DNA from: an uncultured Gammaproteobacteria bacterium
GTDB taxonomy: Bacteria > Patescibacteriota > Patescibacteriia > 2-01-FULL-39-33
Length of the DNA: 64,000 nucleotides
Reading direction: 5' to 3'
Assembly (NCBI GenBank): GCA_964512625.1
Contig: CAZEKG010000002.1
Coordinates: 201,102-265,101 of the forward strand
Part shown: positions 35,394 through 45,659 of the stretch, piece by piece
Numbering within the stretch: position 1 is the stretch's first letter
Layout: each line of letters opens with the position of its first letter
Notes under the pieces: model-generated
Told to the model about the DNA's origin: nothing
The model's database searches: none
The model's input: only the letters and a program-made list of their open reading frames with translations
Made by a program: the position numbers and the translations under genes

Positions 35394-37028
35394 ATGTCAA
35401 TAAGACAGAGCTTCTCAAAGATTTTGTTGGCTGTCGCCATAATATTTTTGGGTATCGGATTTATTACGCATGGGGTCTTGGCGGCTCCGTTAGCACCTAC
35501 CTCTACCTCGGTAAGTGCCATAACTACTAGCACAGCTACTTATGGCTGGGCTTGGGGTGGAGGTACGGAAACTTTTTATGCGGTTGCTTCGTCAACTAAT
35601 GGCGTAAGTTTTACTGGTGATCCAGTGGTCATACTCTCAACTTCAACCCTAAGCTATGGTTTTACGGGTTTAGACGTTAATACTAGGTATTGGTTGGTTG
35701 TTTTCTCCGGAGAAAGCACATCCACGTTTTCTTCTATGGCTACTTCGTCGCCTTTTTATACTTTGGCAAAACCGGCTTCGGCACCAACTACCGGCACAGT
35801 AACTTCTTCTACTATACCATTGACTATTAATGTTAATGGTAATCCGGCTAATACGGTTTATGCCATTTATAATACGACCACATCCAGATTTTTAGATAGT
35901 ACTGGCGCTGCAACAACTAGCGCTGTTTATCAAGCTACTTCTACTTGGGGTACTTCTCTCGCGGCAGTTGGCTTAACTCCTAATACAGCCTATCAATTCG
36001 TGGTTGTCGCTAGAAATGGTGATGGGGTTAATGCTGCCACGTCTTCAGCTAGTACGGCTGTTCGGACTTTGGCTGAGGCTAATGCTCCAACTACCGGCAC
36101 AGTAACCACTTCCACTATTCCGTTGACTATAAATACGGGCAGTAATCCGGCAGCCACGACTTACGCTATTTATAACTACACACTAGATAACTACTTAGAC
36201 GCTTCTGGTACGGCTACGACCACTGCTGTTTTTCAAACTACTTCCACTTGGGACGTTTTTGCAGCTGTAGGCTTAACTCCCAACACTTCCTATCAGTTTA
36301 AGGTTGTATCTAAAAATGGTAGCGATGTTGTTGCTACTTCAAGCGCTAGTACGGCGATTTATACTTTAGCTGTTGAGCCTGCTTCTATATCGGCCATAGT
36401 CAATAATACGTCTCAAATAACGGTTTCTTGGTCGAATGGTAGTACTCAATATTATGCTGAGAATACGACAACCGGAGATAATTCCGGCTGGATTTCATCC
36501 ACAGGTTATACTTTTAGCGGATTGCGTTGCGGTACATCTTATACCTTTAAAGTGAAAGGTGAAAATGGCGATAGCGTCCCTACTGATTGGAGTGGTTCGG
36601 TTAGTGCTACTACTAATAGCTGTGGAGTCGCTCTTGGCGGGGGAGGAGGCGGGTATTATTGGAATCCAGTAACTCCCACTGTCTCTAGTTCTCCTGTAGT
36701 GGAAAACTCACCAGTAGCCCCAATTACTTATTATGTTCCTGGTTTAGTTGCTCCAGTAGTTACTCCTGTAGCTACCCCAGTTACCAAGAGCGTTAATAAA
36801 TTTATCTTCAAACGCACTCTTTATCCTGGTTCTCGAAGCAATGACGTTAAAGAGCTTCAGGTCTTATTGAAGAGCTTAGGTTATTTCAGCTATCCTACTT
36901 TTACTACTTATTACGGTCCTGCGACTAAGGCAGCGGTAGTCAAATTCCAAAAAGCCAATAATCTTAAGCCTTATCCGGGATGGGTTGGTCCGGGAACTCT
37001 AAAGGCGCTTAATAGCATTGTAAAATAG
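35394..37028 (+). CDS. Secreted protein with FN3-like repeats and a C-terminal peptidoglycan-binding (PG_binding_1-like) domain
   Basis: Signal peptide; two near-identical roughly 95-aa repeats (TTGTVT(S/T)STIPLTIN...GLTPNT(A/S)YQF(V/K)VV); C-terminal LQVLLKSLGYF...YGPATKAAVVKFQKANNL. Confidence 0.65.
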   Translation: MSIRQSFSKILLAVAIIFLGIGFITHGVLAAPLAPTSTSVSAITTSTATYGWAWGGGTETFYAVASSTNGVSFTGDPVVILSTSTLSYGFTGLDVNTRYWLVVFSGESTSTFSSMATSSPFYTLAKPASAPTTGTVTSSTIPLTINVNGNPANTVYAIYNTTTSRFLDSTGAATTSAVYQATSTWGTSLAAVGLTPNTAYQFVVVARNGDGVNAATSSASTAVRTLAEANAPTTGTVTTSTIPLTINTGSNPAATTYAIYNYTLDNYLDASGTATTTAVFQTTSTWDVFAAVGLTPNTSYQFKVVSKNGSDVVATSSASTAIYTLAVEPASISAIVNNTSQITVSWSNGSTQYYAENTTTGDNSGWISSTGYTFSGLRCGTSYTFKVKGENGDSVPTDWSGSVSATTNSCGVALGGGGGGYYWNPVTPTVSSSPVVENSPVAPITYYVPGLVAPVVTPVATPVTKSVNKFIFKRTLYPGSRSNDVKELQVLLKSLGYFSYPTFTTYYGPATKAAVVKFQKANNLKPYPGWVGPGTLKALNSIVK

Positions 37029-37049
37029 ATATTTAGGGCTTAATCCTTT

Positions 37050-37085
37050 AAATCCGCTCCATAAAAAGAGCGGATTTAAGTTTAT
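37050..37085 (+). terminator. Terminator-like hairpin (aaatccgctc...gagcggattt)
   Basis: 10-bp stem with a weak T-run. Confidence 0.4.
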
Positions 37086-37182
37086 ATAAAGTAGTCGTTG
37101 GTGTGGTATTTCTCTGACTTGTCTAAAAGGGATTATTCTGATAAAATTAGCCTGTAATTACTGAAAAAATAAATAAAGATTT

Positions 37183-39429
37183 ATGCCAAGATCAAGTATT
37201 TATGCCTTTTTAAAAGGAATTATATGGGTATGTTTGGGAATCATTCTTTTAACGCCCCTTTATGTCAATTCAGCGCTATTTTTCCCTTTTATTGTCGGTA
37301 AAACCGTGGTTTTCTCGGTTTGCGTGGAGATAATGTTTTTAGCTTTTTTAGCCCTTTGCTGGAAGAATCCTGATTATCGTTTAAGGGTAAATCTCGTTGT
37401 AATTTTAATGGCGATTTATCTTGGTATTCTTACTTTAGCCTCTTTTTTGGGCAATGATTTTTATCATAGTTTTTGGAGTAATAATGAAAGAAGTGACGGT
37501 ATTCTTCTTTTAATCCATTTATTCCTCTTCGTTATCGTTCTAACAGGCTTCTTCCGCAAGGTTAAGGACTGGTTGATCGTTTTCGATATGTTCCTAATCG
37601 CGACGGTTTTAGTTAGTTTTGTCGCCCTTGATCAATACTTAGCTTTAAAGTTCCCTGGCGCTTGGGTCGAGCATTTTCTTGAATCGAGTAACGGCGCTCG
37701 TTTAGCGACGACAATAGGTAATGCCGGGTATGTGGCTGGTTATATGGTTTTCGGTATTTTTACCGCGGTCTTCCTCTTTTTTAAGCGTAAAGAAACTTGG
37801 CTTCGAGTCGCTTACGGCTTAGTGATTGTTCTTGAGATTTTTATTACTCTTCAAACTCAAACGAGGGGCGGTATGATAGCTTTATTTATTGCGGGACTTA
37901 TTTTTATTGGTTATTTGATGTTTTTTTATTTTAACGATCAAAGACTTAAAATGGCGGCCTTAGGTTTAATAATCTTAGCCATTTTAGGGGTTAGCTCTAT
38001 TTTTATTTTTAAAGACTCAAGTCTAATAAAAAGCAATGCGATATTAAATCGTGTAGCTTCGATTTCTCTTTCTGACGGTAGTACAAATAATCGTTTAGTA
38101 ACTTGGGGGATTGCTATTGAAGGGATTAAGAAGAAGCCTCTACTAGGTTACGGGCAAGAGAATTTTTATCAGGTTTTTGATAAGTATTATACAACAAAGA
38201 ATTCCGAGCAATGGTTCGATCGGTCGCACAATATGATTTTCGATCGGGCGACTACCGGCGGCTTGATTGGTCTAGTCTCTTATCTCGCCCTCCTTCTCGT
38301 TCCCTTTTATTTCCTTTGGGTTTTTTATAAGGATAAAGAAAATGCGAAGAAGCTTGAGGGAGATATTGATGAGAAGACTTGGGGGCGGAAATATTTTACG
38401 CCAGTTATCTTTTCTCTTCTTATCTTGGCTTATCTTATTCAAAACATGTTTATTTTCGAGGCTTTAGTTACCTATGTGCCGTTGTTTTTAGTTATTTCTT
38501 ATGTCGGCCTCTTTGGTAAACAGCAGTTCGACTTCAGCTTCCTTAAAAAAGATAATTTTAAAACGGCTGCTTTAATCGTATGTTTGATTATTTTTATTCC
38601 CTCCTTTTATTATTTTAACCTAAAGCCTTTAAAGGCTAATGCCGGCTTTATTAAAGTCCTGTCGGCTCAAGGACTATCTATGGATGATAAGTTTAAGGCT
38701 TTTGATGAGGTAATTAATATGAATACCTTGGGTAATCAGGAGTATCGCCGTCATTTCTTTTCTCTTTTTGAAGGTTTTTTACAAAATTGGATTAATGATG
38801 AGAGTCTTAAAAAACAATATTCTGAGCAGCAGGTTTCTGATTTTACAAAGAGAATGGAAAATTATCTGCTTGACCAGATAAGAGAGAATCCTTATAGCGT
38901 TTCGAATTATTTAAGCCTAATGCGTTTTTATAATGTTTCTTATTTTTTTGATACAGCGAGGCTTGATCGGTCAATAGAGATTTCTAATAAGGCAAAAGAA
39001 TTAAGCTCTGGCCGACCTCAAGTTTATTATGAAACGGCGACTTCTTATTATTATCGAGCTCAGGTTGAGAAATATCAGAAGCAGGATGATAAGGCTGGCG
39101 CTGATTACCAGCTGTCTATTAATGCTTTTTATGAAGGGGCGGCCTTGAATTATTATAAATATAATGCGATTACTGAATTAGGTTCATTTATCTCCGCTGT
39201 TTCGAAGAATCAGGATTTTATAGGTTATATGGTAAAAAATGGCATTTCAGGCAAGAAAATTGAGGAGGTAGCGAAAGAAATACTCAGTTGGTATAGCGAG
39301 GTGCCTGAGGGTGATAATAAGACAATAGCAAGAGAAAGTCTTTTAAATACTGTTAATATCCTTTTTTCAGCTGATTCGGGAAATAAGATTTTAGAAGAAG
39401 TTTTGAATCAAGTTAAAGAGTTGAAATAA
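37183..39429 (+). CDS. O-antigen ligase/polymerase (Wzy_C)-domain membrane protein with a C-terminal TPR-like helical domain
   Basis: Polytopic; SHNMIFDRATTGGLIGLVSYLALL resembles the Wzy_C HN...E.G..G motif; helical C-terminal roughly 300 aa. Confidence 0.5.
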   Translation: MPRSSIYAFLKGIIWVCLGIILLTPLYVNSALFFPFIVGKTVVFSVCVEIMFLAFLALCWKNPDYRLRVNLVVILMAIYLGILTLASFLGNDFYHSFWSNNERSDGILLLIHLFLFVIVLTGFFRKVKDWLIVFDMFLIATVLVSFVALDQYLALKFPGAWVEHFLESSNGARLATTIGNAGYVAGYMVFGIFTAVFLFFKRKETWLRVAYGLVIVLEIFITLQTQTRGGMIALFIAGLIFIGYLMFFYFNDQRLKMAALGLIILAILGVSSIFIFKDSSLIKSNAILNRVASISLSDGSTNNRLVTWGIAIEGIKKKPLLGYGQENFYQVFDKYYTTKNSEQWFDRSHNMIFDRATTGGLIGLVSYLALLLVPFYFLWVFYKDKENAKKLEGDIDEKTWGRKYFTPVIFSLLILAYLIQNMFIFEALVTYVPLFLVISYVGLFGKQQFDFSFLKKDNFKTAALIVCLIIFIPSFYYFNLKPLKANAGFIKVLSAQGLSMDDKFKAFDEVINMNTLGNQEYRRHFFSLFEGFLQNWINDESLKKQYSEQQVSDFTKRMENYLLDQIRENPYSVSNYLSLMRFYNVSYFFDTARLDRSIEISNKAKELSSGRPQVYYETATSYYYRAQVEKYQKQDDKAGADYQLSINAFYEGAALNYYKYNAITELGSFISAVSKNQDFIGYMVKNGISGKKIEEVAKEILSWYSEVPEGDNKTIARESLLNTVNILFSADSGNKILEEVLNQVKELK

Positions 39430-39438
39430 AATAAATTT

Positions 39439-40476
39439 ATGGCCAAATATCTTATAACTGGAGGCTCAGGGTTTTTAGGAATAAATTTAATTAGGTATCT
39501 TTTGGATAAAGGTCATACAGTGAGGTCATTGGATTTTGCGCCGTTTGATTATCCGGAGCAAGATAAGATAGAGGCCGTCTTGGGTGATATTAGGGATAGA
39601 GATATGGTTAATAAATGCATGGACGGTATAGATGTTGTAGTCCATTGCGCAGCTGCTTTACCGTTATATTCGAAAGAAGATATTTTGTCTACTGACTTTG
39701 AGGGGACTAAAAATGTGATTGAAGAGGCTTATCTTAAAAAAGTCGATCGTTTCATTCATATTTCTTCTACGGCTGTTTACGGCATCCCCGATCATCATCC
39801 CTTGTTGGAAAGCGATAGGCTTGAGGGAGTCGGACCATATGGCCAGGCTAAGATTTTAGCAGAAATCGCTTGTTTAGAGTATGCGCGCAAAGGAATGTGC
39901 GTATCAATAATTAGGCCAAAATCGTTTATTGGTCCTGAAAGACTTGGGGTTTTTGCTTTATTTTATGATTGGGCTAAAGATGGAAAAGGATTTCCAATGA
40001 TTGGTATGGGTAATAATCGCTATCAATTGCTGGACGTGGAAGATTTATGCGAAGCTATTTATATTTGCGCGACCGCCGAGAAAGAGAAAGTAAATAATAC
40101 TTTCAATATCGGCGCTAAAGAGTTTACTACCATGAAAGAGGACTATCAAGCGGTTCTTGATAAGGCGGGCTTTAAAAAGAAAATAAAAGGTTTTCCTGCT
40201 ATGCCAATGATTTTAACCTTAAGAGTCCTGGAATTTTTCCATTTATCTCCGTTATATAAATGGGTATATGAAACAGCCAGTGAGGATAGTTTTGTTTCTA
40301 TTGAAAGGGCTGAAAATATCCTTGATTGGCACCCTAAATATTCTAATAAAGACGCCTTATTAAGAAACTACCAATGGTATCTTGATAATCTTAAAAGTTT
40401 CGAGGGGAAGTCGGGCATTTCCCATAGAGTGCCATGGAAGCAGGGAATATTGAAGCTTGTTAAGTTATTTTTTTAA
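39439..40476 (+). CDS. NAD-dependent sugar epimerase/dehydratase (extended SDR)
   Basis: ITGGSGFLGINLIRYLL Rossmann motif and a YxxxK-type core. Confidence 0.7.
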   Translation: MAKYLITGGSGFLGINLIRYLLDKGHTVRSLDFAPFDYPEQDKIEAVLGDIRDRDMVNKCMDGIDVVVHCAAALPLYSKEDILSTDFEGTKNVIEEAYLKKVDRFIHISSTAVYGIPDHHPLLESDRLEGVGPYGQAKILAEIACLEYARKGMCVSIIRPKSFIGPERLGVFALFYDWAKDGKGFPMIGMGNNRYQLLDVEDLCEAIYICATAEKEKVNNTFNIGAKEFTTMKEDYQAVLDKAGFKKKIKGFPAMPMILTLRVLEFFHLSPLYKWVYETASEDSFVSIERAENILDWHPKYSNKDALLRNYQWYLDNLKSFEGKSGISHRVPWKQGILKLVKLFF

Positions 40477-40478
40477 AA

Positions 40479-42422
40479 ATGAAGAATTTCTGGAAATATT
40501 TCATTATTGTAATCTTTATTTTATCATTGATACGGTTATCTTTTTTTGTTGGTAAGTTTGGGAGCGATATTTTGCAATTGGATTTTTCAACTTTTTATAC
40601 GGCAGGCCAATCAGTTGCTTACGGTTTGAATCCGTATGATAATAATATTTTAATCGGTAAAAACTTTTGGGACGGCTGGGCAATGAATCACTTTAGTCAG
40701 TTTCTTTATCCGCCGATAATGGCAAACTTTTTTCAGTTATTTTCTTTTTTACCTTATATAGCGGCTAAGTATGTATGGATGGTCACTTCTTTACTGTTAA
40801 TTTATTTGTCAGTTAAGATTTTTTGCGAAAGAATAAATGTTGATTGGCGGAAGAATAGGTATTTATTGGCGTCTTTGATTTTATTGTTTTACCCATTAAT
40901 CTCTCTATTGAACGCCGGACAAATAGACGCATTCACTCTTTTTATATTGGTATTATTTATTGGTTTAATGGTTTTCGATAAAAAATATTTCTTAGCTGGG
41001 GTTGTTCTATCCTTCGCCGTTTTTTTTAAGCTCCATACTATTTATTTATTACCCTTCCTTTTTTTAATGAAGAAATGGAAAGCGGTTTATGGCCTTATTT
41101 TTGGAGGAGTGGTAATTCTTGTCATTATGACAATTATAAACGGGCCGTCGTTAACTAAGGATTATTTTTTGAAGGAGTTGCCCAGGATTTCAAAATATAG
41201 CTACGAGGGGAATCAGGCTACAAGGTTGGATTTAAGCTCATTGAATATTTCTGTTAATAACGATGTTTTTGAGAAGGATGGCAGGAAATATCAGTCGGGT
41301 TTTGAAATGTTTAATACGGCAAGCCTCGTTCCATTTATAAATAATTATCTTAAAGATCGCGGCGCTACCCTTCCAATATCTTTGTATTCTTTATCTTTAT
41401 TCGCTATATTTTTATTACTGTCCATTACGTGGTTCGTTAAAAAAGGATTTAATAATCATTTTTTATCAGAAGATCAAGAAAACCTGCTTTGGATTTTTGC
41501 TTTTTGCGTTGTTCTGCTGTCAGCTCCCCTGACTTGGGCAAGTAATGCCTTATGGCTATTATTATTATTCCCATTATTAGTAAAGATCTATTATAATCTA
41601 GATAGAGATAAGAATAATCCCATTCATTTATGCCTTGCTGTTTTTTCATTGGCTTTGATAGCAATTCCAGACAGTTATGGCTTCCCCTTGGCTATTCCTT
41701 ACTTTCAAAAGATTTTTATGTTTAAATATGTTGCGGGAGAAATGGGATTGCTTCTGAGTATATTTTTAATGTTGAATAATTATAATTTTAGAAAGGTGAA
41801 GCTTAGCAATATGAGAGTTGTAATTTTTGATGTGGATGGGACGCTTTATGACTTAAATAAAGTTTATTATCGCGTTATTATTGAAATGTTTATTGAACTA
41901 ATTAGGAAGCCTGGAATTGTGAAAGATTTTTGGATAATTTATAGGTTTAGGAGCATAAAAAGAAAAATCACCAGCTGCAATAATGAACAGGAGATTTTTA
42001 GTTTAGTCGCTAATAAATTAAATTGCGACCAAGAAAGGCTGAAGTTATTGATTAATGATTGGACTATAGAAAGGCCATTGAAATATATCAAGAAATATAA
42101 ATTTCCCGGTTTGGAAGTTTTTATAGACTATCTAAATAAGAATGGTATCCAAGTTTATTTTTTATCAGATAACCCGGCAAGAGAAAAAATTTCATCCTTA
42201 AATTTAAGGGGGAAGGTATTTTATTTTGGAGATAGTATTATTAAGGAGAAGAAACCAAATACTTCCGGGCTAATGACCATCCTATCAGAAGCTGGTATTA
42301 AGGCGGAAGATTGCCTTTTATTGGGTGATCAAAATCAGGATAGGCTATTATCTAAAAATGTTGAAGCAAATTTTTTAATGGTTGACGGTAATGATTTTTA
42401 TCATAAATTGTTAAAATATTAA
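40479..42422 (+). CDS. Fusion protein: N-terminal polytopic GT-C-like (DUF2029/GT87-like) membrane domain plus a C-terminal HAD-family phosphatase
   Basis: Roughly 440 aa of TM helices, then HAD motif I VIFDVDGTLYD and motif IV LLLGDQNQD. Confidence 0.55.
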   Translation: MKNFWKYFIIVIFILSLIRLSFFVGKFGSDILQLDFSTFYTAGQSVAYGLNPYDNNILIGKNFWDGWAMNHFSQFLYPPIMANFFQLFSFLPYIAAKYVWMVTSLLLIYLSVKIFCERINVDWRKNRYLLASLILLFYPLISLLNAGQIDAFTLFILVLFIGLMVFDKKYFLAGVVLSFAVFFKLHTIYLLPFLFLMKKWKAVYGLIFGGVVILVIMTIINGPSLTKDYFLKELPRISKYSYEGNQATRLDLSSLNISVNNDVFEKDGRKYQSGFEMFNTASLVPFINNYLKDRGATLPISLYSLSLFAIFLLLSITWFVKKGFNNHFLSEDQENLLWIFAFCVVLLSAPLTWASNALWLLLLFPLLVKIYYNLDRDKNNPIHLCLAVFSLALIAIPDSYGFPLAIPYFQKIFMFKYVAGEMGLLLSIFLMLNNYNFRKVKLSNMRVVIFDVDGTLYDLNKVYYRVIIEMFIELIRKPGIVKDFWIIYRFRSIKRKITSCNNEQEIFSLVANKLNCDQERLKLLINDWTIERPLKYIKKYKFPGLEVFIDYLNKNGIQVYFLSDNPAREKISSLNLRGKVFYFGDSIIKEKKPNTSGLMTILSEAGIKAEDCLLLGDQNQDRLLSKNVEANFLMVDGNDFYHKLLKY

Positions 42423-42425
42423 TAT

Positions 42426-42782
42426 ATGGCTTTTATTTATCTAGTTATCGCTTTCATTTTAAATTCATTGGCTAATATTTTATTGAAAATAAATGCCAAT
42501 GCCGGCTTTAAATTCACGGGAATAAACTGGAGTACGATTAGCGGCAATTATTTTTTCTTCTTTGGTATAATCCTTTTTGCTGTTAATGTCATATTCTACT
42601 TTTTGGCTTTGCGTAATATCTCTCTGACCTTAGCTTATCCAATAATGGTGGGGATGAGTTTTTTTATTATAAATTCCTATGCTTATTTTTTCCTGGGAGA
42701 GAAGATAAATGCCATGCAGATTTTTGGATATTTTTTGATAGTCTTAGGAATAGTTACTGTTTTATATTTCGCTAGAAAATAG
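42426..42782 (+). CDS. Small 4-TM EamA/SMR-like protein (ArnE/ArnF-type lipid-linked sugar flippase subunit-like)
   Basis: 118 aa, four hydrophobic helices; located between the GT-C/HAD fusion and the UbiA gene. Confidence 0.45.
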   Translation: MAFIYLVIAFILNSLANILLKINANAGFKFTGINWSTISGNYFFFFGIILFAVNVIFYFLALRNISLTLAYPIMVGMSFFIINSYAYFFLGEKINAMQIFGYFLIVLGIVTVLYFARK

Positions 42783-42788
42783 TCATTT

Positions 42789-43625
42789 ATGAAATACTTG
42801 AAATTAATCAGAATGAATCATTGGGTTAAGAATTTTCTTATTTTTATTCCTATTATTTTCGCCGGAGATATTTTTGATTTTTTGAGATTTGAAAGAGTGG
42901 CCTTAGCCTTTGTTTCTTTTTGCCTGTTAGCTTCGGCGGTTTATATTATTAATGATTTATTTGACAAGAAAGCCGACTCATTGCATCCGACCAAGAGTTT
43001 AAGGCCGATTGCGTCAGGTAAAATAGGCGCTTCTCAGGCTATATTTTTCGTAATTTTATTTACGACAATTGCTTTTGCTGTATCTTTTATCTTTATCCCT
43101 GAGATAATTGTAGTATTGCTGGCATATCTCGCTTTAAATTTATTATACTCATTTTATTTTAAATATCTGCCGATTTTCGACATTTTATTTATTGCTGGCT
43201 TTTATTTGATTAGAATATTGATTGGCGGATTAGCCGGTTCTGTGCTTATATCAAGTTGGCTGGTGTTATGTATCGTATTCGCCAGTTTACTTATTATTAT
43301 CGGGAAGCGCCTTGGAGAATTGAAGCATGAGAATAAAAGAGAGGTTTTAAAATTCTATAATGAGGAATTTCTTAAGCAGTTATTATATTTATTTGCTGGG
43401 TTGTCGATTGTTTCATACGGTTTATACAGCGCCTTAGCTGTTAATTCTCCTTTGGCGGTATATTCGGTTTTTTTTGTTATTCTTGGAGTTATTAGATATT
43501 TATATGTATCACAAGGCTCTGATGATATAGAGTATCCGGAGAAAATGATTATTAATGATAGGGTAATTTTATTTTCTATAATCTTGTGGCTGATTTATAT
43601 GTTTTTTTGCGTTATAAATGTTTAA
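42789..43625 (+). CDS. UbiA-family prenyltransferase (polyprenyl-phosphate phosphoribosyl/glycosyl transferase-like)
   Basis: NDLFDKKAD matches the UbiA NDxxDxxxD motif; polytopic. Confidence 0.65.
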   Translation: MKYLKLIRMNHWVKNFLIFIPIIFAGDIFDFLRFERVALAFVSFCLLASAVYIINDLFDKKADSLHPTKSLRPIASGKIGASQAIFFVILFTTIAFAVSFIFIPEIIVVLLAYLALNLLYSFYFKYLPIFDILFIAGFYLIRILIGGLAGSVLISSWLVLCIVFASLLIIIGKRLGELKHENKREVLKFYNEEFLKQLLYLFAGLSIVSYGLYSALAVNSPLAVYSVFFVILGVIRYLYVSQGSDDIEYPEKMIINDRVILFSIILWLIYMFFCVINV

Positions 43626-43628
43626 AAT

Positions 43629-44942
43629 ATGATCACGAAAGAATCGGTTATAAAATTTAAACAAAAGATTTTAACTCATGAAGGCTTTCTGAAGTATTTT
43701 AAGAATACTTCGTGGATGCTTTTTGGTCAGGTAATTTCAATGTTCCTGTCTCTTTTTGTGTATATTATCTTAGCAAGACATCTTGGCCCAAGAGATTATG
43801 GATTAATGAGTTACATCATGAACTTTTGCTTATTATTTTCTTTTATTGCCAGTTTAGGGCTGGATAGTATCATAAATAGGGATTTAGTTAGAAATCCTGG
43901 TAGCTATAGAGAATATCTAGGTACGGGGTTTGTTTTGAAGATTTTTGGAGCAATTATTGCACTGGCGGTGATTTATCTTTCTAGTTTTATATTATCAGTC
44001 GATCTATCTTCTAAAAGATTAATTTTATTGTTTTCTTTATCCTTTTTCTTTCAACCATTAAACATCATTTCTTTATTTTTTCAAAGCAGGGTTGAAGTAA
44101 AAAATAATACTAAAGCCCAAATTATATACAACATATTTTCTGTATCACTTAAGGCCCTTTTTATTTTTTTAGGTTTGAGTGTATCCTGGTTCGTTCTTTC
44201 ATATGCTATTGATGCAGTGATACTTGGATTTAGTTACATATATATTTATAAAAAAAGGGGATACAAAATATTAGAGTGGAGATTTGATAATGCCTTGGCT
44301 AAGTATTTACTTTTTAATTCTTGGCCTTTTATGTTTTCCGCTTTAGCAGTTTCAATTTATATGAAAATAGATCAGATTATGATAGGGTCAATGATAGATG
44401 ATTCATCTGTCGGTATTTATGCTGCAGCCGCTAAACTATCTGAAACCTGGTATTTCATCCCGTCTCTTATATGCGCTTCCGTGTTCCCAGCAATTATTAA
44501 TGCTAGTTGTGGAAATCAAGCAAGGTTTGTTTATAGGTTAAAAAGATTATATTCTTTAATGTTTTGGCTTTCCCTGTCCCTAGCATTGTTTTTAACGGTA
44601 TTTTCTAATATCATTATTACTATTGTTTACGGGAGTGATTATCTTCAAGCTGCTTCAATTTTAAGAGTGCATGTTTGGTCGGGGATTGGTGTTTTCCTCG
44701 GTGTGGCCGTAACTCAATATCTTATCTCCGAAAATTATAATAAAATTTTGTTTTTTATGACCTTTGTTGGTGCTATCATAAATATTCTACTTAATCTATT
44801 ATTGATACCTAGAATGGGAATAATGGGTGCAGCCGTTGCGACCTTAGTTTCTTATTCTTTTGCGACTATATTTATTATTTTTTTTAAAAAAACTAGAGCT
44901 CAAATTAAATACATGCTTGAAGGAATTATTTTTAAATTTTAA
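43629..44942 (+). CDS. Wzx-like oligosaccharide flippase (MOP superfamily polysaccharide biosynthesis protein)
   Basis: 437 aa, roughly 12-14 TM helices, in a glycan locus. Confidence 0.5.
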   Translation: MITKESVIKFKQKILTHEGFLKYFKNTSWMLFGQVISMFLSLFVYIILARHLGPRDYGLMSYIMNFCLLFSFIASLGLDSIINRDLVRNPGSYREYLGTGFVLKIFGAIIALAVIYLSSFILSVDLSSKRLILLFSLSFFFQPLNIISLFFQSRVEVKNNTKAQIIYNIFSVSLKALFIFLGLSVSWFVLSYAIDAVILGFSYIYIYKKRGYKILEWRFDNALAKYLLFNSWPFMFSALAVSIYMKIDQIMIGSMIDDSSVGIYAAAAKLSETWYFIPSLICASVFPAIINASCGNQARFVYRLKRLYSLMFWLSLSLALFLTVFSNIIITIVYGSDYLQAASILRVHVWSGIGVFLGVAVTQYLISENYNKILFFMTFVGAIINILLNLLLIPRMGIMGAAVATLVSYSFATIFIIFFKKTRAQIKYMLEGIIFKF

Positions 44943-44945
44943 TTT

Positions 44946-45647
44946 ATGGATTTAATTCAGATTGTTAGAAAATTAGCTCATAAAATTGGATTTGATGTCG
45001 TGAGATTTCCAACTGCCGGACTTAAAAGACAAATGATGTTGATTAAGCACCACAAGATAGACAATGTTTTTGATATTGGGGCAAATATGGGGCAATATGC
45101 AAAACAATTAAGACAATTAAGATATTATGGAAAAATTACATCTTTTGAGCCCCTATCTTCAGCATTTGAAGTGCTCAAGGTCGCAGTTAAAAATAATAGC
45201 AATTGGGAGGCTGTAAATATTGCATTGGGAAGCTTTGACGGCGATGGTGAAATAAATATTGCCAAGGATTTATATTGCAGTTCTATTTTAGGGCTTGATC
45301 AGGATAATAAACTATTAGTAAATTATACCGGAAAAGAAAAAATTACAATAAGGAAGTTGGATAGTATAATTGATGATTATTATTGTGATGGTGATAGTTT
45401 ATTTGTAAAGATAGATGCACAGGGATACGAAAAAAACATTTTAGATGGGGCAGAGAATTCACTTACTCATATTAATGGTTTACAATTAGAAATGTCTTTA
45501 ACAAGGTTTTATGAAAAAGAAATGCTTTTTGAGGATATGCTTTCTTTATTGAAGGAAAAGGGATTTAAAATATTTTCGATGGAGAATGTTCATTTTGATG
45601 GAAAAAGTGGTCAGTTATATCAGATAGACGGTATATTTTTTAAATAG
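44946..45647 (+). CDS. FkbM-family methyltransferase
   Basis: VFDIGANMGQYAK SAM-binding motif and an FkbM domain. Confidence 0.6.
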   Translation: MDLIQIVRKLAHKIGFDVVRFPTAGLKRQMMLIKHHKIDNVFDIGANMGQYAKQLRQLRYYGKITSFEPLSSAFEVLKVAVKNNSNWEAVNIALGSFDGDGEINIAKDLYCSSILGLDQDNKLLVNYTGKEKITIRKLDSIIDDYYCDGDSLFVKIDAQGYEKNILDGAENSLTHINGLQLEMSLTRFYEKEMLFEDMLSLLKEKGFKIFSMENVHFDGKSGQLYQIDGIFFK

Positions 45648-45659
45648 CTAACATAGTCA

